A DNA stretch of 64,000 nt from the NCBI GenBank assembly GCA_035402765.1, contig DAONDX010000001.1, forward strand, positions 13,090 through 77,089, read 5' to 3'. Below are positions 16,888-26,571 of this stretch, one piece after another. Each line of letters starts with the position of its first letter. Position 1 is the first letter of the stretch. The position numbers and the translations under genes were made by a program. The DNA comes from Candidatus Omnitrophota bacterium (lineage in GTDB: Bacteria > Omnitrophota > Gorgyraeia > Gygaellales > Profunditerraquicolaceae). The notes beneath the pieces were generated by a model. It did not search any database. It was given only the letters and a program-made list of their open reading frames with translations, and was not told the origin of the DNA.

Positions 16888-19797
16888 TTAACGGATCACG
16901 GCTTGAGGACAAATCTGGCTATAGGCGCAATAGGTGCAAGCCTTATATTCGGGCTTAGCCGGATAATCCTGCTGGCGGATCCCCGTGGAAACCTTCAGGA
17001 TATCCTCTTTAACATCATCTAAATCTGACTGGCTGAGTTGGCAGCGTCCGGTAATCCCGGATTCCAGAAAATACAGTTCTACCGCCACCGGCAGGCTCCC
17101 GAAACGATACTGATAAGCTAAAGCATAAAGCGCCAGCTGCTTGTTTTCCTTGACCCGCTTATCAGCATCCTTCTGTGTCTTAATCGCCGAAGTCTTAAAA
17201 TCCGTGATTACCGCACCATCTTTTTCCATATCGATACGGTCAAATCTACCGGAAATTTTGTTGTTACCGATCACAAAAGAAAATTCTTCTTCAATATATT
17301 TAGGGACAGAGCGGCGTTTTTCTTCATCTTTATAAAATCTGGTTAAAGCCTGGCGGCCGATACGAAAACGCTCCTCCTGATGGTTAGCGTCTAGAAACCC
17401 TTGCGGATCAAAATTTGCTTCAAAACAGTCCAAAAGTTCATCTAAGCTGAAACTCTTATCATTAAGTTTATGCAGTAAATACTGGCTTACTGCCTCATGC
17501 ATGGCCCGGCCGTAAATAACCGTATGATGTTCCATGATCGGCACGCGCAGTATATTCACATATTTATATTTTAAGGGGCAGGTTAAATAATCATCAATCT
17601 GATAATAACTTAAGGAAACTAATTTATCTTCGGGCAGCTTCGACAGGGCTGGCCTGAGTAATTCTACGGCCGGGGCGAAACGCTGGATGCTCTCGATAGC
17701 CGATGTCTTTTTCTTTTCCACGGCTTCCAGCTGCTTACCCAACGCCTCTAACACAAATTGGCTTACCTTACGTAACCGCTTGCCGCCATAATCATCAGCG
17801 CTTGTCAAATATAACTCTTCCTTAGCGCGGGTCATCCCGACATAAAAAAGACGCCGCTCTTCCTGAACGTGAAAATCTCCGGTCGGCAAAACTTCTTTGA
17901 TTAAGCAATCCGGAAGTTCGATTTGCTGTGAACGCTTGGGAAGCGGGAACTTTCCTTGTACCAGGCTGACTAAAAAAACCACTCTAAACTCCAGCCCCTT
18001 AGCTTTATGGATCGTCAGGATATTCACCGCATCCTGATCCAGGTCAGCCTCTACTGTCGGCGGGTCATCTCCTGAATCAATCAACAAATTAAGATGCTGA
18101 ATAAAGCTAATCACCCGGTCCTGACGGGCCACCAATTCATAGTCCCGAACCTGATTAAAAAACTTGGCAATATTCTGAATCTGGGTTTCCTTTTCCAAAG
18201 TAGGATCATGCGTCAGATACTTAAGGTAACCGGTATCAGTAAGAAATCTGTACAGCAGCTTACCGGTAGTTTCATTCCGGGAAACCTGCAGGAAATTCTC
18301 AATCTCTAACAATATTTTTTTTATTTTATCTTTGGTCGCTTGGCTGACCTGCGCTAATTCCGGGATTATTTCTAAATCCCCGAACACCGCGTAAAGCGAA
18401 CGATTCCGGCGGCGGGCCAAGTGGTTGCATAACGCCAGATCCGTTAAATTTACTTTATAGACCTGGGAGCTTACCAGGTAATACAAGCTTAACGAATCCG
18501 AAGGATTGGCAATTACGCGCAGAAAATTAATGCACAGTTTCACTTCTTCCCGTCCATACAACCCCTGATTACCGCTAAACTGCCAGGGGATATTCTGCAT
18601 GTTCAAAGATTGGATAAAACTCTGGGCGTCAGAATTTGAACGCACAAGGAGCGCAAAATCTCTATACTTAAACTTACCGGAACTTACTTTATCTTCTATA
18701 ATCTTACTTACGGCATCCGCTTCAGCTGAATGTGTATCAAAATGCAGGTGTTGCGGCTTCAAGCCGCCTTTAACCAAACCGACCAAATGTTTATTAATTT
18801 TGGCTTTGATCTCAAAACGTTCCGGATTATTATACTGAATCAATTGATAAGCACTATCTAAAATATTCTGAGTGGAACGATAATTCTGGATAAGCGTAAT
18901 ATTCCTGGCTTGGGCATACTCCTGAGTAAAATTAAGCACATTACTATAAGCTGCCCCGCGCCAGCGATAAATACACTGGTCATCATCGGCAACTACCGTA
19001 ATATTTTTTCCAGGGCCGGTTAAAAGCTTAACCATCTGAAACTGGGCAAAATTAGTATCCTGGAATTCATCAACTAAAATATATTTAAACTGTTTCTGGT
19101 AATTTTGCAGGATCAAAGGATGGCGGCGTAAAAGTTCCAGACTTAAATAAAACTGATTGCCGAAATCCACCAAGCCGGCGGCAGCCATCAATTCCTGGTA
19201 TTTAAGATAGGCCGCAGCTACTTCCATTTGTTGAACGGCCAGCTCTTCCCTGGCCTTATCAAGCAAATCAGTTTTAGCCTGGATTAAAAAATCCTGAGCA
19301 TATTTAAAATATTCTTCCGCGCAAACATCTTCATCTTTAGCCCGGCTGAAAAATGAAATCAGCGCTTCAATAAAACGGGTAGGTTCAGCCAACGGCCGGT
19401 AATAATCAAGTTTGAATTCAAAAAGGTGCTCGCGGAAAAATACGGCAGCTTCCGGCTGGGCCAGAACTTTAAAATCCGGATTAAGCCCGGCCACTAAAGC
19501 ATTCTCCCGCAGGAGGCGGTCCCCAAAGGCATGGAAGGTCGAGATCCAAATATCGGTATAACCGTATGGCATAAGAATATCCACCCGCTCCTGCATCTGG
19601 CGGGCGGCTTTATCAGTAAAAGTAAGCGCTAAGATTTCATCGGTTTTAGCCAGCCCCTGATTGATCAACCAGGCAATACGCTGAGTGATCAGGCGGGTCT
19701 TGCCGGTTCCTGCCCCGGCAATAATCAACAGCGGCCCCTCTTTATGGGTAACCGCTTCGATCTGCTCCTTATTTAAACCTTCAAGTACTTTATCCAT
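16888..19797 (-). CDS. UvrD/PcrA-type superfamily-1 helicase fused to a C-terminal PD-(D/E)XK (Cas4/AddB-like, Fe-S) nuclease domain
   Basis: Walker A GAGTGKT and the UvrD helicase motifs span the first 650 aa. The C-terminus carries DRID...DFK...QLALY and a cysteine cluster C..YCAY..C typical of RecB-family nuclease domains with an iron-sulfur cluster. Confidence 0.8.
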   Translation of the reverse strand: MDKVLEGLNKEQIEAVTHKEGPLLIIAGAGTGKTRLITQRIAWLINQGLAKTDEILALTFTDKAARQMQERVDILMPYGYTDIWISTFHAFGDRLLRENALVAGLNPDFKVLAQPEAAVFFREHLFEFKLDYYRPLAEPTRFIEALISFFSRAKDEDVCAEEYFKYAQDFLIQAKTDLLDKAREELAVQQMEVAAAYLKYQELMAAAGLVDFGNQFYLSLELLRRHPLILQNYQKQFKYILVDEFQDTNFAQFQMVKLLTGPGKNITVVADDDQCIYRWRGAAYSNVLNFTQEYAQARNITLIQNYRSTQNILDSAYQLIQYNNPERFEIKAKINKHLVGLVKGGLKPQHLHFDTHSAEADAVSKIIEDKVSSGKFKYRDFALLVRSNSDAQSFIQSLNMQNIPWQFSGNQGLYGREEVKLCINFLRVIANPSDSLSLYYLVSSQVYKVNLTDLALCNHLARRRNRSLYAVFGDLEIIPELAQVSQATKDKIKKILLEIENFLQVSRNETTGKLLYRFLTDTGYLKYLTHDPTLEKETQIQNIAKFFNQVRDYELVARQDRVISFIQHLNLLIDSGDDPPTVEADLDQDAVNILTIHKAKGLEFRVVFLVSLVQGKFPLPKRSQQIELPDCLIKEVLPTGDFHVQEERRLFYVGMTRAKEELYLTSADDYGGKRLRKVSQFVLEALGKQLEAVEKKKTSAIESIQRFAPAVELLRPALSKLPEDKLVSLSYYQIDDYLTCPLKYKYVNILRVPIMEHHTVIYGRAMHEAVSQYLLHKLNDKSFSLDELLDCFEANFDPQGFLDANHQEERFRIGRQALTRFYKDEEKRRSVPKYIEEEFSFVIGNNKISGRFDRIDMEKDGAVITDFKTSAIKTQKDADKRVKENKQLALYALAYQYRFGSLPVAVELYFLESGITGRCQLSQSDLDDVKEDILKVSTGIRQQDYPAKPEYKACTYCAYSQICPQAVIR

Positions 19798-19833
19798 ATT
19801 TATTCGCCCACTTAACCTTAACCTAAATTTAAA

Positions 19834-20874
19834 CTAATCCCTATTAATCATGCGGATCATTTCGTAGAGCCGGCCATAATCACGCAGATTAAAATTCATC
19901 CCCAGGCGCGGTAAATCAATAAATTCATTTTCCTGGATTTCTTTAGCCGTCGGAGGGCAAACCTTAATTTCGCCGCCGGTGATAATATCTTTAAATTCCT
20001 TATTTATAAACTTTAACGTCTTCTCGGAAACCGGCCGTTTTAATCTTAAAACGGCTACCCCCGAAACATATCTGATAGAATGATATACCCGGTAAAAATC
20101 TTCGATATATTTAACTGCCGCCTCTACTGTTTTAGCGATTTGAATAAGGTTAAGATCTTCTTTCTTAATATATCTTTTTTTAACTAATTGTCCGGCGACG
20201 AAATTCATCCAGGTACGCCAATAGCTAGAGCCTTTAGGTTCCATCAGGACTATTGGACGGGGGCGGGATTTACCGGTCTGCACTAAAGTAATCATCTCAA
20301 ATCCTTCATCCAACGTGCCGAATCCACCCGGAAAAATAGCCGTGGCATCGGTTTCTTTGACAAAAATTAATTTTCGGGTAAAGAAATATTTAAAGTTGAT
20401 CAGTTTTTCTTTTTCATCAACATAAGGATTGGGCTTCTGTTCAAAAGGCAAACGGATATTTAAAGCGAATTCTTTCCCCCGGCCGGCGCCTTTATTGCCG
20501 GCCTCCATTACCCCCGGACCGCCTCCGGTTACGATCATATAACCTTTTTGAGTTAATTTCCGGGAGAGGGCTTCAGCCATCATATATTCGGCAGAATTAT
20601 TTTTTGAGCGGGCGCTTCCAAAAATAATTACCTTTTTAGTCTGCCGGTAGGGAGAAAAAATCTTAAAGGAATACCGCAACTCCTTAAGCGTGTTATTGAC
20701 CAGTTTGAGGTCGCCTCGATCGCAAGACTCCTTGCCTAATTTCACGCTGGTAGTTAATATCTGGCGCAGTAGATGCTCCGTTTCCGGAGAACCGGATTTT
20801 TCAGCCAGCTGGCCGATCAAATCATCGATTGCCCGGTCGCCGACTTCATAATCTCTCAAAGTTTTTTCCATCAT
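19834..20874 (-). CDS. LOG family / TIGR00730 Rossmann-fold nucleotide-binding protein with N- and C-terminal extensions
   Basis: The core GSARS...VTGGGPGVMEA...PGGFGTLDE fits the LOG family. The roughly 75-aa N-terminal and 90-aa C-terminal extensions resemble the PpnN architecture. Confidence 0.7.
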   Translation of the reverse strand: MMEKTLRDYEVGDRAIDDLIGQLAEKSGSPETEHLLRQILTTSVKLGKESCDRGDLKLVNNTLKELRYSFKIFSPYRQTKKVIIFGSARSKNNSAEYMMAEALSRKLTQKGYMIVTGGGPGVMEAGNKGAGRGKEFALNIRLPFEQKPNPYVDEKEKLINFKYFFTRKLIFVKETDATAIFPGGFGTLDEGFEMITLVQTGKSRPRPIVLMEPKGSSYWRTWMNFVAGQLVKKRYIKKEDLNLIQIAKTVEAAVKYIEDFYRVYHSIRYVSGVAVLRLKRPVSEKTLKFINKEFKDIITGGEIKVCPPTAKEIQENEFIDLPRLGMNFNLRDYGRLYEMIRMINRD

Positions 20875-20898
20875 AAAGACCCGTTTAAATGGCGTTAA

Positions 20899-21255
20899 CT
20901 ATTTAACAGGAAACCCGAGTTTGCGTAATTCCTGCGCTGCTTGACCGCGAAAATCACCCTGTAATTGAATAACATAATCTTTAACCGCTCCGCCTGTACC
21001 AAAACGCTGTTTTAATTTCTTAGCTAAATCCAGAAGCCCGGTTTCATTCAAATTAAGACCGTAAATTAAAGTCATGCCTTTGCCCTGACGGCCTTTAACC
21101 TCATAACTTAAACGCACAACGCCATCAGCATCCGGGATAACCGCCTTCTTTAACGCCCGGCATGCACAGCCAACCTTGGCTTGGCCGCATTCAGGACAGA
21201 TCTTTCCGGATGCCGTAGAATAAACCAAATGCGAACCTGAATTTTTATTTTCCAT
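20899..21255 (-). CDS. yciH: translation initiation factor SUI1/YciH family
   Basis: 118 aa with an N-terminal CxxC...C..C segment followed by a SUI1 fold (VRLSYEVKGRQGKGMTLI). Confidence 0.85.
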   Translation of the reverse strand: MENKNSGSHLVYSTASGKICPECGQAKVGCACRALKKAVIPDADGVVRLSYEVKGRQGKGMTLIYGLNLNETGLLDLAKKLKQRFGTGGAVKDYVIQLQGDFRGQAAQELRKLGFPVK

Positions 21256-21257
21256 AT

Positions 21258-21809
21258 TTAAAATGAAAAAAATGACTTTTTTTTCGCCGGAACCTTCAAT
21301 GCCTTTCTTTGGTATAACTCCATGACCTCATCTGAAACCGGCTGGCCGAATACTTTTGCCTGCTTTAAATCTGTCCAGGCCAGCTTGTATTCTTGAGTTT
21401 CATAATAAGCTTTGGCGCGGTACAAATAAGAAAGGCCGTCATCCGGCTTCATACTGATCGCCTGGTTTAAATCATAAAATGCCTGATTATACCAACCCTT
21501 AAGCGCATAGGCATTACCCCTCTCGGCATATGCCGCCACATCATTAGAATTAATATGGATAGCTTCGGTAAAATCAGAGATCGCCTGATCATAAAGCTTT
21601 ATAAAACAATAGGCTTGCCCGCGATAAAGATAAGCGCCGTAACTTGGCTCCAGATCAATAGACTTGCTGAATTTTTCGGCCGCCTTTTCATACATCGCTG
21701 CCTGATAATAAGCCATACCGCTATTTTTCAATTTTTCCGCGTCAGTGAATGCGTAGCTATTGCCAGCCAGCATAAACACAAAAACTAAAATAACCGTTAG
21801 CTTATTCAT
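21258..21809 (-). CDS. tetratricopeptide-repeat protein with an N-terminal signal peptide
   Basis: A signal peptide followed by TPR-like repeats (AYYQAAMYEKA, AYLYRGQAY, AYAERGNAY, LYRAKAYY). Confidence 0.7.
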   Translation of the reverse strand: MNKLTVILVFVFMLAGNSYAFTDAEKLKNSGMAYYQAAMYEKAAEKFSKSIDLEPSYGAYLYRGQAYCFIKLYDQAISDFTEAIHINSNDVAAYAERGNAYALKGWYNQAFYDLNQAISMKPDDGLSYLYRAKAYYETQEYKLAWTDLKQAKVFGQPVSDEVMELYQRKALKVPAKKKSFFSF

Positions 21810-21839
21810 TTTCCCCGGGCATCTCCTTGGTTTAAAATT

Positions 21840-22076
21840 TCAATAATTAAAAAGATCCTTCAGCGCATACTGCTTACCGACAGCCTTATTCAAAGCATTC
21901 AGTATCCGGTATTGAATTTTTAAATTCAAGCGCCTGCCGATAGAGGCGCGATGAACCATTTTATGCGTAATTTGTTCGGTAGAGTGGCTCACTAAATCAT
22001 TAGCCTTAAATCCATGTTCGGCCATGATTTTAGCAAGCGGCTGCTCTCTCAAATCTCTTTCAATTTCGTTATGCAT
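21840..22076 (-). CDS. hypothetical protein (78 aa)
   Basis: An ATG-initiated ORF with no SD and no recognisable family. It is the first gene downstream of the divergent promoter region. Confidence 0.4.
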   Translation of the reverse strand: MHNEIERDLREQPLAKIMAEHGFKANDLVSHSTEQITHKMVHRASIGRRLNLKIQYRILNALNKAVGKQYALKDLFNY

Positions 22077-22360
22077 CTGGAAAAATACGTTTTATCCTAG
22101 CGGACAAAAATTTTATCTTTTAATGTCCTTAAAAACAGCCATATACAACTAAAGAATATGAAAATTAAATAGGCCGTAATCAAAAAATACTCATTCTCCA
22201 GAATTACTTCATCCAGACTTCTTTTTTTTAGCTTAACGGCCATCTTCCGGCGGTTCCTTACCTGCGATTGCAGTGATCATAAAATAAGCCTTAACTTCTG
22301 CTTTATTGCTCTCTTATGGATAGCTGGATCTGGATCCTGATAAGCACTCTATATTCTATC

Positions 22361-22388
22361 TTGACAACGCCGAAATTTCAAGTATACT
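22361..22388 (+). promoter_or_regulatory. sigma70-type promoter TTGACA-16-TATACT for rpmB
   Basis: TTGACA at 22361-22366 and TATACT at 22383-22388. It is followed by a 120-nt leader with hairpins and an AGGAG SD before the ATG at 22510. Confidence 0.5.
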
Positions 22389-22509
22389 TAATAAACTAAA
22401 TGACATCAGGGGCGAGTTTACCGGCCGAGTGTCGTATCAACCTAAAGAATACAACCAGCGCTGATGGGAATTGCGCTAGTGTCGTGTTCGTACACGAGGA
22501 GTTCTAAAA

Positions 22510-22761
22510 ATGCTTAAAAAATGCGTAATCTGCAAGAAAGGTGCACTGCAAGGGAAAGTATTATCCAGAAAAGGCCAGCATAAAGCTAAAGGCGGTACAG
22601 GCTCAAAGATCGCCCGTTGGTCTAAACGCAAATTTCTGCCTAATCTGCAAAAAGTTAACCTGCTGGTCGAAGGCACCTCAAAACGGGTTTATATCTGCGC
22701 CAAATGTATCAAAAAAGGCGGTTTTAAAAAAGTTACTCCCCGCGTCAAATTCACTACTTAA
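22510..22761 (+). CDS. rpmB: 50S ribosomal protein L28 (zinc-ribbon type)
   Basis: 83 aa with CxxC...CxxC and the conserved KFLPNLQKV block. Confidence 0.85.
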   Translation: MLKKCVICKKGALQGKVLSRKGQHKAKGGTGSKIARWSKRKFLPNLQKVNLLVEGTSKRVYICAKCIKKGGFKKVTPRVKFTT

Positions 22762-24442
22762 AAAATATATCTTTTGCCTCCAGGATCAGAGATTCCTCCT
22801 GACGCCAGCTATCTATTTTAGGAGTATAAATTAAATCAAAAGACTCCGCCTGCAGTAAACTTTCTCTCAAATTACTCATCCCAAAACCGATTATTTCAAG
22901 GGTCGTCACTCCATCGGTTGCCCAGAACTTCAAAGTACCGCGATTTAAAAGCTGCACCTTCCCTCTTAACTTTAAGTTACGCGTATAAAAAAGAGGCTCC
23001 GGATTAGCCATGCCAAACGGTTCAAGTTGCTCTAATTCTTTAACCAGCGCTGCGCTTAAATCACCCAAGGCAAGCTCAAGATCCACATCTTTACTCGGCA
23101 GTAGATCATCAATATTTAACTGGTCACTGGCCAGTTTGTTAATGCTTTTCCTGAATTCATCAATATTATCTTTAGTAATTAACAAACCGGCGGCATGAGC
23201 ATGCCCCCCGAAACTATCCAGCAGATCCTTAGAGTCCATTAAAGCGTCAAAAAGATGGAAATTTTTAATTGAGCGCGCCGAACCCTTGCATAGATCATCT
23301 TTTATTGAGATCACGATTGCCGGACGATAGAATCTATCCGACAACTTAGAGGCGACGATGCCTAAAACCCCCTGGTGCCAATCTTCTTTAGCGATGACGA
23401 TGACTTTTTGTTCCTTGAAATTCATTTGCTGATTGATCATTTCCTCGGCTTCTTCCAAAATCTTACTTTCAATCTTCTGGCGCTCCCGGTTAAAGTGTTC
23501 CAGCTGGCTAGCTAGATATTGCGCTTCCTGAGTATCCTGGCACATTAAAAGTTTCAAAGATACTTCGGCATAATCCATGCGGCCGGGAGCATTCAGGCGC
23601 GGGGCAATGATGAAACTGACATAAGTAGAATTAAATTTTTTATTTTCGATACCGGCATTCTCGATCATCGCACGCAAGCCCAATTTCTTAGTTTTCGGCA
23701 AACAAGATAAACCCGCCTTGGCAATAATCCGGTTTTCGCCGGTTAAAGGCACGCTATCGGCAATTGTACCTAAAGTAACCAAGTCTAAATCATCCATCAA
23801 TAAAGAACCGGATACAGCTTGAGCAAATTTATAAGCTACCCCTACTCCGGCTAAATCCCGATAAGGATAACCTGAATGTTTTACTTTGGGGTTAATTATG
23901 CCGGAGGCAGCCGGCAAATTAGAATCCTGGGGTTCATGATGGTCAGTAACAATAACATCAATATTGGCCTGCCGCAAAGCCGCAACCTCTTTATGGTTAA
24001 CGATACCGCAATCAGCAGTAATCATAAGTTTCACCTGGTTTTCCTTGGCAAACCGGACAATTTCCTGATTTAGGCCGTAACCTTCGTTAACCCGATGCGG
24101 AATATGGTGCAGCACTTCCAAACCCATTCCCACCAGGGTATTTTTAAGCAAAACTGTGCTGGTAATCCCGTCAACATCATAATCGCCGAAGATCATTATC
24201 TTTTCTTTATTTTCCTTAGCTTTATTAACCAAACTCACCGCTTTGGGCATATCCGAGAATAAATGCGGGCTGAATAAATCATTGATCGAACTTTTAAGGA
24301 ATTTTTCGGCGGCGGCGGCAGTAGTTATTTTGCGGTTGATCAAAACTTGGGCCAATACTTTAGAAATGCCTAATGCTTTGGAAAATTCATTTTGCAGGGA
24401 AATATTGGGAATCGCTAAACTTAGAATTGACTGGCTGGACAT
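22754..24442 (-). CDS. recJ: single-stranded-DNA-specific exonuclease RecJ
   Basis: A DHH domain (IFGDYDVDGITS, DHH motif DHHEP) and a DHHA1 domain. Confidence 0.9.
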   Translation of the reverse strand: MSSQSILSLAIPNISLQNEFSKALGISKVLAQVLINRKITTAAAAEKFLKSSINDLFSPHLFSDMPKAVSLVNKAKENKEKIMIFGDYDVDGITSTVLLKNTLVGMGLEVLHHIPHRVNEGYGLNQEIVRFAKENQVKLMITADCGIVNHKEVAALRQANIDVIVTDHHEPQDSNLPAASGIINPKVKHSGYPYRDLAGVGVAYKFAQAVSGSLLMDDLDLVTLGTIADSVPLTGENRIIAKAGLSCLPKTKKLGLRAMIENAGIENKKFNSTYVSFIIAPRLNAPGRMDYAEVSLKLLMCQDTQEAQYLASQLEHFNRERQKIESKILEEAEEMINQQMNFKEQKVIVIAKEDWHQGVLGIVASKLSDRFYRPAIVISIKDDLCKGSARSIKNFHLFDALMDSKDLLDSFGGHAHAAGLLITKDNIDEFRKSINKLASDQLNIDDLLPSKDVDLELALGDLSAALVKELEQLEPFGMANPEPLFYTRNLKLRGKVQLLNRGTLKFWATDGVTTLEIIGFGMSNLRESLLQAESFDLIYTPKIDSWRQEESLILEAKDIFFK

Positions 24443-26083
24443 TTACATCTTCTCTGGCTGGGTAATTCCTAACAACTCTAATCCGCTGGATAAAACAATT
24501 TTTACCCCTTTGATCAAAGCTAACCGGGCGGCCATTAAAGACTGATCCTGATCCAATACCCGGTGTAAATCATAAAACTTGTGAAAACTTTCAGCCAGCT
24601 CCTGCAGATAAACCGTGAGCATATACGGATCGCAGGTAACCCGGCAAATGTTTAAAATCACATCAAATTCCAGCATTTTCTTAATTAAATTCAGCTCTTC
24701 TTTTTCCTTAAGCACGGTAAGGTCTAAATCGTTTTGAATCTCCAGCGCGCTGCTGCGCAATATGCTGCAGATCCGCGCGTGGGCATACTGGACATAGAAT
24801 ACCGGATTATCCGAACTTTGTTTTTTAGCCACTTCCAGATCAAAATCCAAATGGCTGGATGTCCGGCGCATCAAGAAGAAAAACCGGGCGGCATCCGGAC
24901 CAACTTCATCTAAGACCTCCCGTAAGGTTATATACTGTCCCCGCCGGGTCGACATTTGTATCTCCTGGCCATTGCGAAAAATAGTAGCTAATTGGACAAT
25001 CACCACATCCAGATCACGGCCTTTATGTCCTAAGGCCTCAATCGCCGCTTTGATCCGGCTGATATAACCGTGATGATCCGGCCCCCAAAGATTAATCAAC
25101 CAGCTAAACCCGCGGTCAAATTTGTCCTGATGATACGCAATATCCGGCGCCAGGTATGTTTGGCTGCCATCGCTTTTAATAATCACCCGGTCTTTATCGT
25201 CGCCAAAAACGGTGGATTTAAACCAAAGCGCCCCGTCTTGCTCATATAAAAATCCTTTTTCCTTTAGCTGAGCAAAGGCTTTTTCGATTTTACCGCTTTT
25301 AGCCAGCTGCTTTTGCGAATACCAACAATTAAATCTAACTCCAAAATCGTCCAATTCCTGTTTAATAACTTTTAAAATATAATCCCCAGCAAAGCTTCCC
25401 AAATCCGTATCCTTAATATTCTGGCTATCTGCGGCTTTGGCAATGTCATAAATATAATCACCCTGATAATAATTCTCCGGAAACTCTATTTTTTGGCCCT
25501 TTAATTCCTTAAGTCTCAAGCCCACTGATGCGCCCAGGATATTTATCTGATTGCCTTCATCATTAAGATAATATTCCCGGCTAACATCAAAACCGATAAA
25601 AGATAGAACATTAGCTAAACAATCTCCAACGGCTGCCTGCCGGGCGTGAGCCACAGATAAAGAACCGGTAGGATTAGCGCTGACAAATTCAATTAAAACT
25701 TTCCTTTTATCTGCCGTAACGGTTCTTAAAGCTTCTTTACCCCGGGTAATAATCTCCCTAAGCTTTTCATAAAAATAATCTTCTTTAAGGTAAAAATTGA
25801 CAAACCCTGCCCCTTCGACTTTAACTTGAGTAACCAGGTCTTGGAGCTGGGCAGATGCGGCGATCTTGTTTTGCAGGCAAGCGGTCAATTCTGCAGCAAT
25901 CACTTTAGGGGAACGTTTCTGTAATTTACTTAATTTTAAAGCAAGATTAGTGCTGAAATCACCAAAACGATTATCGGTAGGTAGATCGAGAGAAATTTTT
26001 TCCGGATAATCCCCCCGCCATCCTAAGTCCGTTAAACAACACGTAACTAAATCGGCTAGCTCTGCTTGAACATTTTTAGGCAT
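24443..26083 (-). CDS. argS: arginine--tRNA ligase
   Basis: 546 aa. The class I signature ANPTGSLSVAHAR is a HIGH-like motif and QMSTRRG is KMSK-like. An anticodon-binding DALR domain is also present. Confidence 0.9.
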   Translation of the reverse strand: MPKNVQAELADLVTCCLTDLGWRGDYPEKISLDLPTDNRFGDFSTNLALKLSKLQKRSPKVIAAELTACLQNKIAASAQLQDLVTQVKVEGAGFVNFYLKEDYFYEKLREIITRGKEALRTVTADKRKVLIEFVSANPTGSLSVAHARQAAVGDCLANVLSFIGFDVSREYYLNDEGNQINILGASVGLRLKELKGQKIEFPENYYQGDYIYDIAKAADSQNIKDTDLGSFAGDYILKVIKQELDDFGVRFNCWYSQKQLAKSGKIEKAFAQLKEKGFLYEQDGALWFKSTVFGDDKDRVIIKSDGSQTYLAPDIAYHQDKFDRGFSWLINLWGPDHHGYISRIKAAIEALGHKGRDLDVVIVQLATIFRNGQEIQMSTRRGQYITLREVLDEVGPDAARFFFLMRRTSSHLDFDLEVAKKQSSDNPVFYVQYAHARICSILRSSALEIQNDLDLTVLKEKEELNLIKKMLEFDVILNICRVTCDPYMLTVYLQELAESFHKFYDLHRVLDQDQSLMAARLALIKGVKIVLSSGLELLGITQPEKM

Positions 26084-26144
26084 TTTTATTTTTAATCGCG
26101 GTTGGCACTCACCTAAACGGTACTCAGGCGTCGGGCAATAGGCA

Positions 26145-26175
26145 GCACCAACGCAGCTACTTTAAGCGCGGGGTG
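26145..26175. repeat. degenerate copy of the ACACCRRCGC...GCGYYGGGTGT hairpin motif (between argS and rsfS)
   Basis: GCACCAACGCAGCTACTTTAAGCGCGGGGTG resembles the units of the 26572-26795 array. Confidence 0.3.
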
Positions 26176-26205
26176 ATTTCACTCGGCGCCAGATAAACGG
26201 CAAGC

Positions 26206-26562
26206 TTAAAACTTTGGGGTTTTGATCCTTACCCGTTTGGCGTCAGACCAAAGCCCCTCTAAAGAATAAAACTCTCTTACCGGTTTATAAAACGCATGCG
26301 CGATCACAGAAGCATAATCCAAGGCAATCCAGCCTGACTCATCGTTCGGGGAAACCTTTGAAAGAGATTTTATTTTTTGAGTTTCTAAATCATCTTGAAT
26401 TGCCCGGGCAATTGCAGCCGCCTGCCTTAAAGAATTACCGCTGGCAATCACAAAATAATCGCAAAACCCGGCTACCTTAGAAACATCCAGGATAATAACC
26501 TGTTCGGCTTTTTTAGATTTGGCAACCCAGGCAATGCGTTGCGCTAATTGTTTCGAGTCTAT
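26206..26562 (-). CDS. rsfS: ribosome silencing factor RsfS (Iojap); start codon uncertain
   Basis: The track ORF begins at the GTG at 26451. The in-frame upstream translation KIDSKQLAQRIAWVAKSKKAEQVIILDVSKVAGFCDYFV is clearly RsfS N-terminus, continuing to the in-frame stop at 26581-26583. No ATG, GTG or TTG occurs in that stretch. Confidence 0.7.
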   Translation of the reverse strand: MDSKQLAQRIAWVAKSKKAEQVIILDVSKVAGFCDYFVIASGNSLRQAAAIARAIQDDLETQKIKSLSKVSPNDESGWIALDYASVIAHAFYKPVREFYSLEGLWSDAKRVRIKTPKF

Positions 26563-26571
26563 TTTATACTC

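Noticed and set aside
22476-22834. ORFs 22476-22676 (-) and 22541-22834 (+) overlapping rpmB
   Set aside because: They are alternative frames or antisense of the clearly identified L28 gene and the recJ 3' end.
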